NCBI GenBank assembly: GCA_023428585.1
Contig: JAEYXG010000052.1
Location: forward strand, 1-37,387
Reading direction: 5' to 3'
Source: Bacteroidota bacterium
GTDB lineage: Bacteria > Bacteroidota > Bacteroidia > Bacteroidales > Lentimicrobiaceae
Length of the DNA stretch: 37,387 bases
Both the position numbers and the translations under genes were made by a program. Every line of letters begins with the position of its first letter. The first letter of the stretch is position 1. Below the pieces are notes generated by a model. The model did no database searches. It saw only the letters and a program-made list of their open reading frames with translations, and had not been told where the DNA came from. Below are positions 29,030 to 37,387 of this stretch, one piece after another.

Positions 29030-29671
29030 ATGAAAAAATCAATATTGGCCGTCTTAATGCTCTTCATGGTTATTGCTGCAATAGGGCAGACTAAGACACC
29101 AGGTACTACAAAACCAGTAACAGTGCTAATTGAAACCGAATATGGGAATATGACAGCAATACTATATGATGACACACCGGGTCATCGTGATAATTTCCTT
29201 AAACTCATCAAACAAGGATGGTATAATGGCTCAGTATTCCATAGGGTAATTAATAAATTCATGATTCAGGGAGGTGGCCAAGGTTCAAAAAATGATCCGG
29301 GTTATACCATTCCTGCTGAAATCAAACCGAATCATTTTCACAAGAAAGGTGCCTTGGCAGCGGCTCGCCAAGGTGATCAGGTTAATCCTAAAAAGAATTC
29401 CTCAGGATCACAGTTCTATATTGTACAGGGTATGGTTCTCCAACCTGCACAAATTGATATGTTTGAAAAGCAAACCGGTAAAAAAGTATCAGCTGAACGT
29501 CGAAAAATATACTCAACTATAGGAGGTACTCCACATCTCGATGATGATTATACGGTTTTTGGCGAAGTGATTAAAGGTCTGGAAGTCATTGACAAGATTG
29601 CAGCAGTACAAACAGGTGCAGCAGATCGTCCACTCAAGGATGTGAAGATGAAAATAACAGTTGTTAAATAA
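29030..29671 (+). CDS. Exported cyclophilin-type peptidyl-prolyl isomerase
   Basis: Signal peptide; FHRVINKFMIQGG, SSGSQFYIV, GGTPHLDDDYTVFGEV. Confidence 0.94.
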   Translation: MKKSILAVLMLFMVIAAIGQTKTPGTTKPVTVLIETEYGNMTAILYDDTPGHRDNFLKLIKQGWYNGSVFHRVINKFMIQGGGQGSKNDPGYTIPAEIKPNHFHKKGALAAARQGDQVNPKKNSSGSQFYIVQGMVLQPAQIDMFEKQTGKKVSAERRKIYSTIGGTPHLDDDYTVFGEVIKGLEVIDKIAAVQTGAADRPLKDVKMKITVVK

Positions 29672-29716
29672 TTATTGAACTTTAAATATCTGATGTTCAA
29701 CATCAGGTGCATGTTT

Positions 29717-30739
29717 ATGAAACTACAAATAGAAAAACACCTAGCTGATATTCAATCATTTTCAACATCTTCCAATGAAGAATTAGAGCAATTCCGTATC
29801 AAATATTCAGGTAAGAAGGGAATCTTAAACGATCTATTTGCTTTATTCAAAACAGTAGCACCTGAAGAAAGGCGTGAAACAGGAAGACTGCTCAATGAAC
29901 TGAAAGAAGCAGTTCAGCTCAAGCTTGAAAGTTTGAAAGCAGGTATAGACACAGTTGATAATAAGCCAGTAAAGAATTTAGATCTTACACTTCCTGCAAC
30001 AGATGATCACATGGGGTCACGCCATCCACTTGCCATCATTAGGAAGCGGATAATTGATATTTTTGGCCGCATTGGATATACTGTTGCAGAGGGTCCTGAA
30101 ATTGAAGATGATTGGCATAACTTCTCAGCTCTAAACTTTGCACCTGAACATCCAGCACGTGATATGCAGGACACGTTCTTCATTGGTTCAAACCCCGAGG
30201 TTTTACTTCGTACCCATACATCAAGTGTTCAAGTAAGGGTAATGGAGCACACTCAGCCTCCAATCAGAATGACGTTTCCAGGCAGGGTGTATCGCAATGA
30301 AGCTATCTCGGCAAGGGCACATTGCTTCTTCCATCAAGTTGAAGGGCTGTACATTGACAAGAATGTAAGTTTTGCTGATCTCAGGCAAACAATGATGTAT
30401 TTTGCCAAAGAGATGTTCAGTCCTGATACAAAAATTAGGCTTCGTCCTTCATACTTCCCATTTACCGAACCATCAGCCGAAATGGATATTTCATGTAATT
30501 TATGCGGAGGAGAAGGTTGTGCATTCTGTAAATATACCGGTTGGGTTGAAATACTTGGTTGCGGTATGGTAAATCCAGCTGTGCTAACAAACTGTGGAAT
30601 TGATCCTTCGGTTTACTCCGGCTTTGCATTCGGCATTGGAGTTGAGCGTATAACAAATTTGGTATTCAACGTTAAGGACCTTAGAATATTCTCAGAGAAT
30701 GATGTGCGTTTCTTAAGACAATTTGGTCCCGCAATATAA
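29717..30739 (+). CDS. pheS: Phenylalanine--tRNA ligase alpha subunit
   Basis: HPARDMQDTF, LRTHTSSVQ, FHQVEG, FPFTEPS, EILGCGMV, GFAFG.GVER. The start is likely ATG 29717 (or 29711). Confidence 0.97.
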   Translation: MKLQIEKHLADIQSFSTSSNEELEQFRIKYSGKKGILNDLFALFKTVAPEERRETGRLLNELKEAVQLKLESLKAGIDTVDNKPVKNLDLTLPATDDHMGSRHPLAIIRKRIIDIFGRIGYTVAEGPEIEDDWHNFSALNFAPEHPARDMQDTFFIGSNPEVLLRTHTSSVQVRVMEHTQPPIRMTFPGRVYRNEAISARAHCFFHQVEGLYIDKNVSFADLRQTMMYFAKEMFSPDTKIRLRPSYFPFTEPSAEMDISCNLCGGEGCAFCKYTGWVEILGCGMVNPAVLTNCGIDPSVYSGFAFGIGVERITNLVFNVKDLRIFSENDVRFLRQFGPAI

Positions 30740-30764
30740 TTTTCTGCTTAAAAGTCCAATGATC

Positions 30765-31229
30765 TTACCATATAAAAGGTATCAACTTCTTTGTTCTCTT
30801 AATATACTCTGAATAAGGTTGAAAGGATTTCTTTAAATATTCTTCTTCAAGGTGGAGTTTGATAATAAGAGCTGCAGTAAGAATCAACACGAAAATCAAG
30901 CGTTGCAAACTGAAGTGTCCGGTTACGATGGCCCAACTTACCAATATCAAACCTGTATACATTGGGTGCCTTATGAAACGATAAGGGCCTTTAGCAACCA
31001 TATATCCACCCTCTTTTACATAAGGAGTTACACTAAGATTTCCTAGTCTTATAGTGTAAATTGCCCATAAACCCAATAAACCTCCCAGTATCAATATTGA
31101 AAAAGACCACCAATTACCGGGTATTAAGGGCCCGGTAAAGACTATCAATCCTAGCATTAAAAATTGCAAAATAACCATCGACCAGGCTAAATACCAGTCG
31201 GGCGTTTTCATTCTTCTTGTGTTGAACAT
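30765..31229 (-). CDS. Isoprenylcysteine carboxylmethyltransferase (ICMT/PEMT-like) family membrane protein
   Basis: Hydrophobic protein with GPYRFIRHPMY, EE..L...F..Y..Y and LIPFIW motifs. Confidence 0.88.
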   Translation of the reverse strand: MFNTRRMKTPDWYLAWSMVILQFLMLGLIVFTGPLIPGNWWSFSILILGGLLGLWAIYTIRLGNLSVTPYVKEGGYMVAKGPYRFIRHPMYTGLILVSWAIVTGHFSLQRLIFVLILTAALIIKLHLEEEYLKKSFQPYSEYIKRTKKLIPFIW

Positions 31230-31349
31230 AAAATGTCGTTATTTGGCTATATTATTTAAATCGACTGCAAAAAGATGATGTTTCCCGTATTATCAACTAT
31301 TGCATCACTTTAAATAGATTATTCCAAACCATACAAAGTTATAACAAAT

Positions 31350-33158
31350 TTATTTGGCTGACAGTTCGAATACTTCAACTTTTAGATTCCTGATATAAAT
31401 ACATGTTGAATCATTATGCCATAAATATACTTTGAGGTTATCATCAAGAGTCCTCACCTCGGGGCTCAAATACCAATATGTTATTGTCTGCCATTCACCC
31501 CTTACCGCCTTATCTTCATCAATTGTAGCTCCCCTATATTTATAAGCGGCATTTTTATAATGAAAGCTTGATACAAGATGTGGCATCTTACCTGAATATC
31601 CTTCGGGTAACCATACTTCAATACTCGATTTAATCCAAACGTGGTCACTTTTGGTAAGATCTTTAAATGGGATATCAGGACCGGGAGAGAATTGATTCTT
31701 ACTATCCAATCTAAGGGCCTGAGTTGTATCATCAACCATAAGTTGATTGTATTGGTAAACCATTTTCCCTGTGTATCTTTCCAGATGCTCAGGTAGTTGA
31801 TCCGTTCCTGTGCTGCGATCAACAAGAAGCAATTTATCAAGCTTGTTCCTGTCAATTGCTGTTCTACCAAATACAGCTATATAATATTCCTTTGTCATTC
31901 GCTCCTTGTCAATTATTCCATTAACCCATTGCCATGACTGGAATAAGTTAAGTATAACAAAACCTAGTCCAATGATAAGGAAAGCCCACTTTAATTTAAA
32001 TTTGCCAATTCCCTTAACTAGATAACCCATTGGGATTGCAAGGATAACATAAGCAGGTACCAATGATCTGGAACTAAAGCTGCCACCTCCATACCACCAG
32101 GCTGTCCATGATGAAATGATCCAAATATCAATAATGAAGAATATCAAGATAGCAGGCAAATTTTCTTTGTGTTTCTTGAACATCCATATCATTCCTACAA
32201 CTGAACCAAGCATAATGGGCGTATATACAAACCATCCTTTTCGGAAACTGAATAGAAATTCTATGATAAATGGAGGGAAAAATCTGAAACCCTCACCTGG
32301 GTTATTACTGTATGAATAGTAAATCCATTCACCAGTCAACGACTTCCAATAGAAGAACTGGATTAATCCTATCACAAGTGCTGCAGCAATCATAATTATT
32401 GGATGAAATGGATTACCCTTTATAATTGAAATCTTGTTTACCAAGGTTTGCCTGGTTCCAGTCTGCCATAAGAGTGGAATTAGGAAACAAACAGCCTCTG
32501 ATGGGCGGATAAGAGAGATAAATCCCGCGGTAATACCAAGAAGTAATGCTGTTGATGAAGATGGATTCCTGTGGTATCTGATGGTTAAAATAATAAGCAG
32601 TGTATAAAGGGTAAACAAATAGTTATGAGTAAGCAGTGTTCCATCAATAGATACAAGATGTAGGTAATTAGTACCTGCGATAACCAAAACAAGAACTATA
32701 GCTGTGATTGAATCACTAAAGTAGAAGAGCAGTAATTTCCTGAGTAAAAACACCCCCAATAAAGCCCAAAGAATACCTCCAATACTGATTATAACCTGAT
32801 AAGGCAGAGAAAACCCGTCAGCAGGATAACCTAGTATGGGAGCTAACCAATGAGCCAAGAAAAAGAATGGTGAATACAGAACAGCATTACCGGCAGAGTA
32901 TTTAATTAATTTGGCCCCATTCTCCAAATACACCAATTGATACAATGTGGGAGATGGCTGATATTTTTCCATTATCTCATCAATCCACTGTTGATTGGTA
33001 AGTTTAGGATCATCATAAATAAAATTTGCCGGTAAATACAGATAATAGCCAAATACATCCCATGTAAGCATTCGTTTGGGAGTTTCAATTGACCTGATCA
33101 CAATGATGGATAAACATAATAAAATACAGGCAATTAGAGATAATCGGACTTTTTTCAT
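31350..33158 (-). CDS. Polytopic membrane protein, probable GT-C-fold glycosyltransferase with a C-terminal soluble domain
   Basis: Asp in the first loop (WDVFGYYLYLP), about a dozen hydrophobic segments, IRP, KGWFVYTP, WWYGGGSFSSR; beta-rich C-terminal domain. Confidence 0.6.
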   Translation of the reverse strand: MKKVRLSLIACILLCLSIIVIRSIETPKRMLTWDVFGYYLYLPANFIYDDPKLTNQQWIDEIMEKYQPSPTLYQLVYLENGAKLIKYSAGNAVLYSPFFFLAHWLAPILGYPADGFSLPYQVIISIGGILWALLGVFLLRKLLLFYFSDSITAIVLVLVIAGTNYLHLVSIDGTLLTHNYLFTLYTLLIILTIRYHRNPSSSTALLLGITAGFISLIRPSEAVCFLIPLLWQTGTRQTLVNKISIIKGNPFHPIIMIAAALVIGLIQFFYWKSLTGEWIYYSYSNNPGEGFRFFPPFIIEFLFSFRKGWFVYTPIMLGSVVGMIWMFKKHKENLPAILIFFIIDIWIISSWTAWWYGGGSFSSRSLVPAYVILAIPMGYLVKGIGKFKLKWAFLIIGLGFVILNLFQSWQWVNGIIDKERMTKEYYIAVFGRTAIDRNKLDKLLLVDRSTGTDQLPEHLERYTGKMVYQYNQLMVDDTTQALRLDSKNQFSPGPDIPFKDLTKSDHVWIKSSIEVWLPEGYSGKMPHLVSSFHYKNAAYKYRGATIDEDKAVRGEWQTITYWYLSPEVRTLDDNLKVYLWHNDSTCIYIRNLKVEVFELSAK

Positions 33159-33265
33159 AGAAAAAATTGAGATGGATTATATTTCAAATATAGTCAATAT
33201 CTGACCCATTTAGATACATAAATAATGCGACGTTGTAATAATGGTTGCATTTCAGATCTACAGAA

Positions 33266-33300
33266 TAAAAAAGACCCCTGACTATGTATTCAGGGGTCTT
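33266..33300 (-). terminator. Intrinsic terminator after the RND gene
   Basis: 11-bp stem AAGACCCCTGA / TCAGGGGTCTT; the minus strand continues into a T run. Confidence 0.8.
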
Positions 33301-33343
33301 CTATGATATGAAACAACTATAATAGCCTAATAAAGAATCAATA

Positions 33344-36300
33344 TCAATTACTATTTCTCAACTTCATAGCTTTCCTATTTGATTTCCAGCGGGTAAATTT
33401 TATTTCTACTTGATGAGATAATAAATACATTGCAGGTACAAATACCAGAGTGAGGAAAGTAGCAAAACTCAATCCAAAAATAATAGACCAGGCTAGAGGC
33501 CCCCAGAACATAACATTATCACCTCCCACATGAACCTGCGGATTAAGTTCGGTAAACATTGTAACAAAGTTCAAGTTCAAGCCAATAGCAAGGGGTATTA
33601 GCCCTAAAATAGTTGCTGTTGCAGTAAGGATCACCGGAGTAATACGGGTTAAGCCTGCCTGTACAATGGCTTCTCTGGTTTTAAGACCTCTTTCACGCAG
33701 AACATCAGTAAATTCCACAATAAGAATACCATTCCTAACTACTATACCACCAAGTGCGACTATTCCAAGTCCGGTCATAATAATTGAAACATCCATACCG
33801 AATATGATAATGCCAAGCAACACGCCAATGATACTGAAAACAACCTCACTAAGAATAAGCATTGCTTTACTGAATGAATTGAACTGCGTAATCAGAATAA
33901 AGAATATCAAGCCCAGTGAAATCATCATAGCCATCATAAGGAATGAGGCTGATTCAGCCTGATCTTCCTGCTCACCCGTAAGTTTGATTTGCACACCCTC
34001 GCTCACCGGGAAATCTCGTGCAAGTGCTTCAATTTTTGGAACTATATCATTAGGAGAATACCCTGTGGTGACTTCACTGGAAATAGTAATGATTCTTTTC
34101 AGATTTTGGCGCTTTATTCCACCATAGGAAGAACCATATTCAATACGCGCAACAGATGAAAGAGGTATTTGTCGCAATATGCCGGTGTTCATATCCCTGT
34201 ATGTGATAGGAACATTAATTAAATTATTTATATTATTGCGTGTTTCTTCAGAATATCTGAGTTGTATTGGATATTCATCTTCAGCATCCTTGAATTTGGA
34301 TATCTCTTTGCCAAGTACGGCCGTCCTCAATTCCATCGCAATTTGGCCAGTACTTATGCCCTCATGATTTGCTCTTTCACGATCAATATTCAATACTATT
34401 TCTGGCTTATTTTCCAGGAAATCGCTTTTCAATTCTTCTACCCCTGGTATATTGATAGAATCGAGAAAACTCTTGAATGCAAATGCATCATTAATCAGAG
34501 ATGGGAGGTCTTCTCCGGTAATTTCAATGTTAATTGGTTTACCGGTAGGAGGTCCATTATTTTCTTTAACAGAGTATATTTCGGCACCGGGAATATCACG
34601 AATTTCTTTGCGTATCCGGTCAAGATAGTCATTGGTATTGGCTCCTTTCCGATACTTATACTCAACGAAATTAATTGTTACTTTACCCTTTTCTGAGCTA
34701 ACTGAACGACTGAAATCCATTTCGTCGCCAGCACCAAGAGCAACATTGGCAATTACAGATTCCACAGCAGGATTATTCTCACCCAAAATATCCATAACTT
34801 TTCGTTCAACAACCCTGGTAACTGAATCCGTAACTTTCTGATCAGTACCAACCGGCATCTGAATCATAACATAAACACTATTAGGCATATTATCAGGGAA
34901 AAACAGCACCTTGATACCAGCGGCTCCAGTAAGCATAAATGTAAAGATCAGCAACCCAATAATACCGGTTAGTAGCCAAACAGGCCTATAACCCTGGACA
35001 AAATACCGTAATTGGTTTTCGTACAATCCCACAAGAGATGGCCAACCCTTATTTTGCCACCATGATATATAAGGATTAATAACCAAATGGAATAACAGGA
35101 TGAGAAAAGAGGCAAAAACAAGGAAATTGGCAATTCCAAAAGCAGTTTTACTACCCGACATAAAATACAATGCATATCCACCTAAAGCAAATCCTACCAT
35201 TATTACAACAGTAACCATTGCCTTACGAATAAGTATTTTGCGTGAAGGTGGTTCAAATTCGTGTTTCATGAATGAAATGGCAAATACCGGATTAATGATA
35301 TAAGCTACAAACAAGGAAGCAAACAATGTAATTATAAGTGTTACGGGGACATAAACCATAAACTCACCAACAATCCCAGGCCAGAAAGCAAGTGGGAAGA
35401 ATGGAGCCAATGTGGTTAGTGTTCCAGAGAGTATAGGTAAAAACACCTCCCCAGCTGCCCGCTTGGCCGCAACAATAATATTTGGTTCTGTACGGTGTAC
35501 CCTGTGAATGTTTTCAATGACTACGATTGCATCATCTACCACAATTCCCAATGCAAATATGAAACCAAACATCACAATCATATTCATGGAATATCCAAGT
35601 GCCGGCATAACCAAAAAAGCAAGAAACATTGACAGAGGAACGGCCAGCGCAACAAAGAAGGCATTTGTAATACCCATGAAAAACATAAGCACAATGGTAA
35701 CTAGAATGAAGCCAAAAAGTATTGTGTTATTAAGCTCTTCCAAGGTATTTCTGGTGTAACGTGACATTTCACCCGAAATGGCAACATCAAGATCTGAAGG
35801 ATATTGGTTATCAATAAGTTCCTTGTCCAGAATCTCATGTATCTTGTCAGAGGCATCCAACAGGTTTTTGCCACTTTTTTTCACAACGTTGAGAGTTATT
35901 ACATTCTTGCCAAAAAGACGAGAGAAACTCTCTTGCTCCTTAAAGGAATCCTTTACTTCAGCAACATCCTTCAAATATACCAATGCACCACTGGAAGAGG
36001 TAAGAACTATATCCTCAATTGTTTGCATGTTATTGAACTGGCCTTGAATCCTGATGCTTCGCTTAGAACCTGAAGTTGTGACATTTCCAGCCGAAATGGT
36101 TAGGTTCTCTGAAGCTACTGCTCTCTCAATATCACTCATTGTTACCTTGGCCGCCTGAGCTTTATACAGGTCAACGTTAATTTGTATTTCACGTTCCAAT
36201 GCGCCAACAATGTCAACTCTTGTTATCTCATTCAGTGATTCAATCCGATCCTGAGCAACTTCAGCATACTTCTTCAACTGCACCAAGTCGTAATTACCGG

Positions 36301-36757
36301 AGATCTGGATATACATAATGGGTATTTCAGAAAAGTCAATATCCATTACCGCAGGATCATCCAACAAATTATTGGGTAGATCACTCATACTCTTGTCAAC
36401 AGCATCCTTAACACGCTGTTTAGCTTCGGGAACAGGCACATCAGTATTGAATTCAATTGCTATGGATGAGAAATCCTGCAAGGAGTTACTGGTAATTTTT
36501 TTAACACCGGTAATACCTTTAAGCTGCTTTTCAATAGGTCGTGTTACTAAATTTTCAATATCCTCAGGTGAAGTACCCGGATATACAGTATTGACAAGGA
36601 TAGTAGGAATAACTATTTCAGGGAATTGCTCTTTGGGAATGGTTTGATAGCTATACAGCCCCAATAGAGTAATAAAAACAGTTAGTACATATACACTGGT
36701 TTTATTGTCAATAGCCCAGCTGGTTGCGAAAAACTCCTTGAATTTGTTGCTATTCAT
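33344..36757 (-). CDS. RND efflux transporter permease (AcrB/AcrD/AcrF family)
   Basis: 1137 aa; GIVVDDAIVVIENI proton-relay motif, VRNGILIVEF, R..PVILTA; two large periplasmic loops. Confidence 0.95.
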   Translation of the reverse strand: MNSNKFKEFFATSWAIDNKTSVYVLTVFITLLGLYSYQTIPKEQFPEIVIPTILVNTVYPGTSPEDIENLVTRPIEKQLKGITGVKKITSNSLQDFSSIAIEFNTDVPVPEAKQRVKDAVDKSMSDLPNNLLDDPAVMDIDFSEIPIMYIQISGNYDLVQLKKYAEVAQDRIESLNEITRVDIVGALEREIQINVDLYKAQAAKVTMSDIERAVASENLTISAGNVTTSGSKRSIRIQGQFNNMQTIEDIVLTSSSGALVYLKDVAEVKDSFKEQESFSRLFGKNVITLNVVKKSGKNLLDASDKIHEILDKELIDNQYPSDLDVAISGEMSRYTRNTLEELNNTILFGFILVTIVLMFFMGITNAFFVALAVPLSMFLAFLVMPALGYSMNMIVMFGFIFALGIVVDDAIVVIENIHRVHRTEPNIIVAAKRAAGEVFLPILSGTLTTLAPFFPLAFWPGIVGEFMVYVPVTLIITLFASLFVAYIINPVFAISFMKHEFEPPSRKILIRKAMVTVVIMVGFALGGYALYFMSGSKTAFGIANFLVFASFLILLFHLVINPYISWWQNKGWPSLVGLYENQLRYFVQGYRPVWLLTGIIGLLIFTFMLTGAAGIKVLFFPDNMPNSVYVMIQMPVGTDQKVTDSVTRVVERKVMDILGENNPAVESVIANVALGAGDEMDFSRSVSSEKGKVTINFVEYKYRKGANTNDYLDRIRKEIRDIPGAEIYSVKENNGPPTGKPINIEITGEDLPSLINDAFAFKSFLDSINIPGVEELKSDFLENKPEIVLNIDRERANHEGISTGQIAMELRTAVLGKEISKFKDAEDEYPIQLRYSEETRNNINNLINVPITYRDMNTGILRQIPLSSVARIEYGSSYGGIKRQNLKRIITISSEVTTGYSPNDIVPKIEALARDFPVSEGVQIKLTGEQEDQAESASFLMMAMMISLGLIFFILITQFNSFSKAMLILSEVVFSIIGVLLGIIIFGMDVSIIMTGLGIVALGGIVVRNGILIVEFTDVLRERGLKTREAIVQAGLTRITPVILTATATILGLIPLAIGLNLNFVTMFTELNPQVHVGGDNVMFWGPLAWSIIFGLSFATFLTLVFVPAMYLLSHQVEIKFTRWKSNRKAMKLRNSN

Positions 36758-36782
36758 AATATAGAGTGTTAAAGGAGTATGA

Positions 36783-37387
36783 TTAAGAAACTTTTAGCGG
36801 TTGACCATCTACCAAATTATTGAATCCTGTAGTAATAAGTTTATCGCCGGGTAATAAACCCTTGGTTATTTCAGCTTTACCATTGTATGTTTGGCCTACT
36901 TCAACGGTTCTCCTTTTTGCCTGAAGTTGTCCTTTTATATTTTCAGCAACGTATACAAACTTTCCGTCAGAAGTTTCCCGCAGAACAGAAACCGGAACTA
37001 CAATTGCATCAGGATTGTAATAATCATTTATTCTGATTTTAGCAATCATATTAGCCCTATATTCAAGTGCACCGGGCTTAAGCCGAATTTCAGTAAGGAA
37101 AGTCCTGTTAACCGGATTGATATACTTGCTGGTAAAATCGATTTTTGCTTCAATATCTTGATTTAAATCAGGAATATTCACCAAGACTTTCGCTCCGGGT
37201 CTGACTTTTATAGCATATGACTCGGCAATATCGGCAACTACCTTTACTGTTGAAAAATTAACGACCCTGAAAGCGGGCATTCCCGGGGAGGCCATTTGAG
37301 CAATTTTCAGATTGACTTCTTCAACGCTGCCATTAATAGGTGATTTAATTCTAGTCATTTCAAGTTGCTCACCAATGGCAGCAAGGC
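36783..37387 (-). CDS. RND efflux periplasmic adaptor (membrane fusion protein), 5' end outside the window
   Basis: IKSPINGSV lipoyl half-motif, INPVNRTF, AIVVP, V.VG, GLLPGDKLIT.G. The frame stays open to the window end. Confidence 0.9.
   Translation of the reverse strand, partial: LAAIGEQLEMTRIKSPINGSVEEVNLKIAQMASPGMPAFRVVNFSTVKVVADIAESYAIKVRPGAKVLVNIPDLNQDIEAKIDFTSKYINPVNRTFLTEIRLKPGALEYRANMIAKIRINDYYNPDAIVVPVSVLRETSDGKFVYVAENIKGQLQAKRRTVEVGQTYNGKAEITKGLLPGDKLITTGFNNLVDGQPLKVS

Noticed and set aside
29717..30739. pheS without adjacent pheT
   Set aside because: Normal arrangement in Bacteroidota.
33225..33250. Imperfect palindrome ATGCGAC...GTTGCAT upstream of the GT-C-like gene
   Set aside because: Single, short and imperfect; cannot be supported as an operator.
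33666..37166. Multiple plus-strand ORFs antisense to the RND genes
   Set aside because: Shadow ORFs of long coding sequences.
1..37387. Defence system, prophage, IS, CRISPR or structural RNA genes
   Set aside because: No integrase, transposase, nuclease, reverse transcriptase, cas or phage motifs. The intergenic gaps are short and contain no tRNA, rRNA or repeat-spacer patterns that I could recognise.

Overview
AT-rich chromosomal segment of a Bacteroidota bacterium, probably Bacteroidales. The assignment rests on TAnnTTTG-type -7 promoter elements, A/T-rich translation starts, stand-alone pheS and a TopA with C-terminal GRFGP repeats. The window is gene-dense and mostly housekeeping or envelope related. 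In order: topA, miaB (split by an apparent 1-nt frameshift near its 5' end), an orphan wza-wzc pair, cysC-cysD-cysN running directly into mrdA-rodA and a fused ABC ATPase, a stand-alone receiver domain, rnr, an iron-containing alcohol dehydrogenase, a large transglutaminase-fold lipoprotein, a SRAP/YedK protein divergent from elbB, rsmI, an M28 peptidase, an uncharacterised acidic-linker protein, tdk, two cyclophilins, pheS, an ICMT-family protein, a GT-C-like membrane protein and an RND pump with a truncated adaptor. I found no mobile element, CRISPR array, tRNA or rRNA, and I cannot support a clear-cut novel multi-gene system. The best leads are the PNGase/NGLY1-like transglutaminase lipoprotein, the miaB frameshift, an 11-bp-periodic repeat array at the left edge, the PAPS-synthesis genes sitting where mreBCD normally lies, and a PopZ-like architecture in the uncharacterised protein next to tdk.
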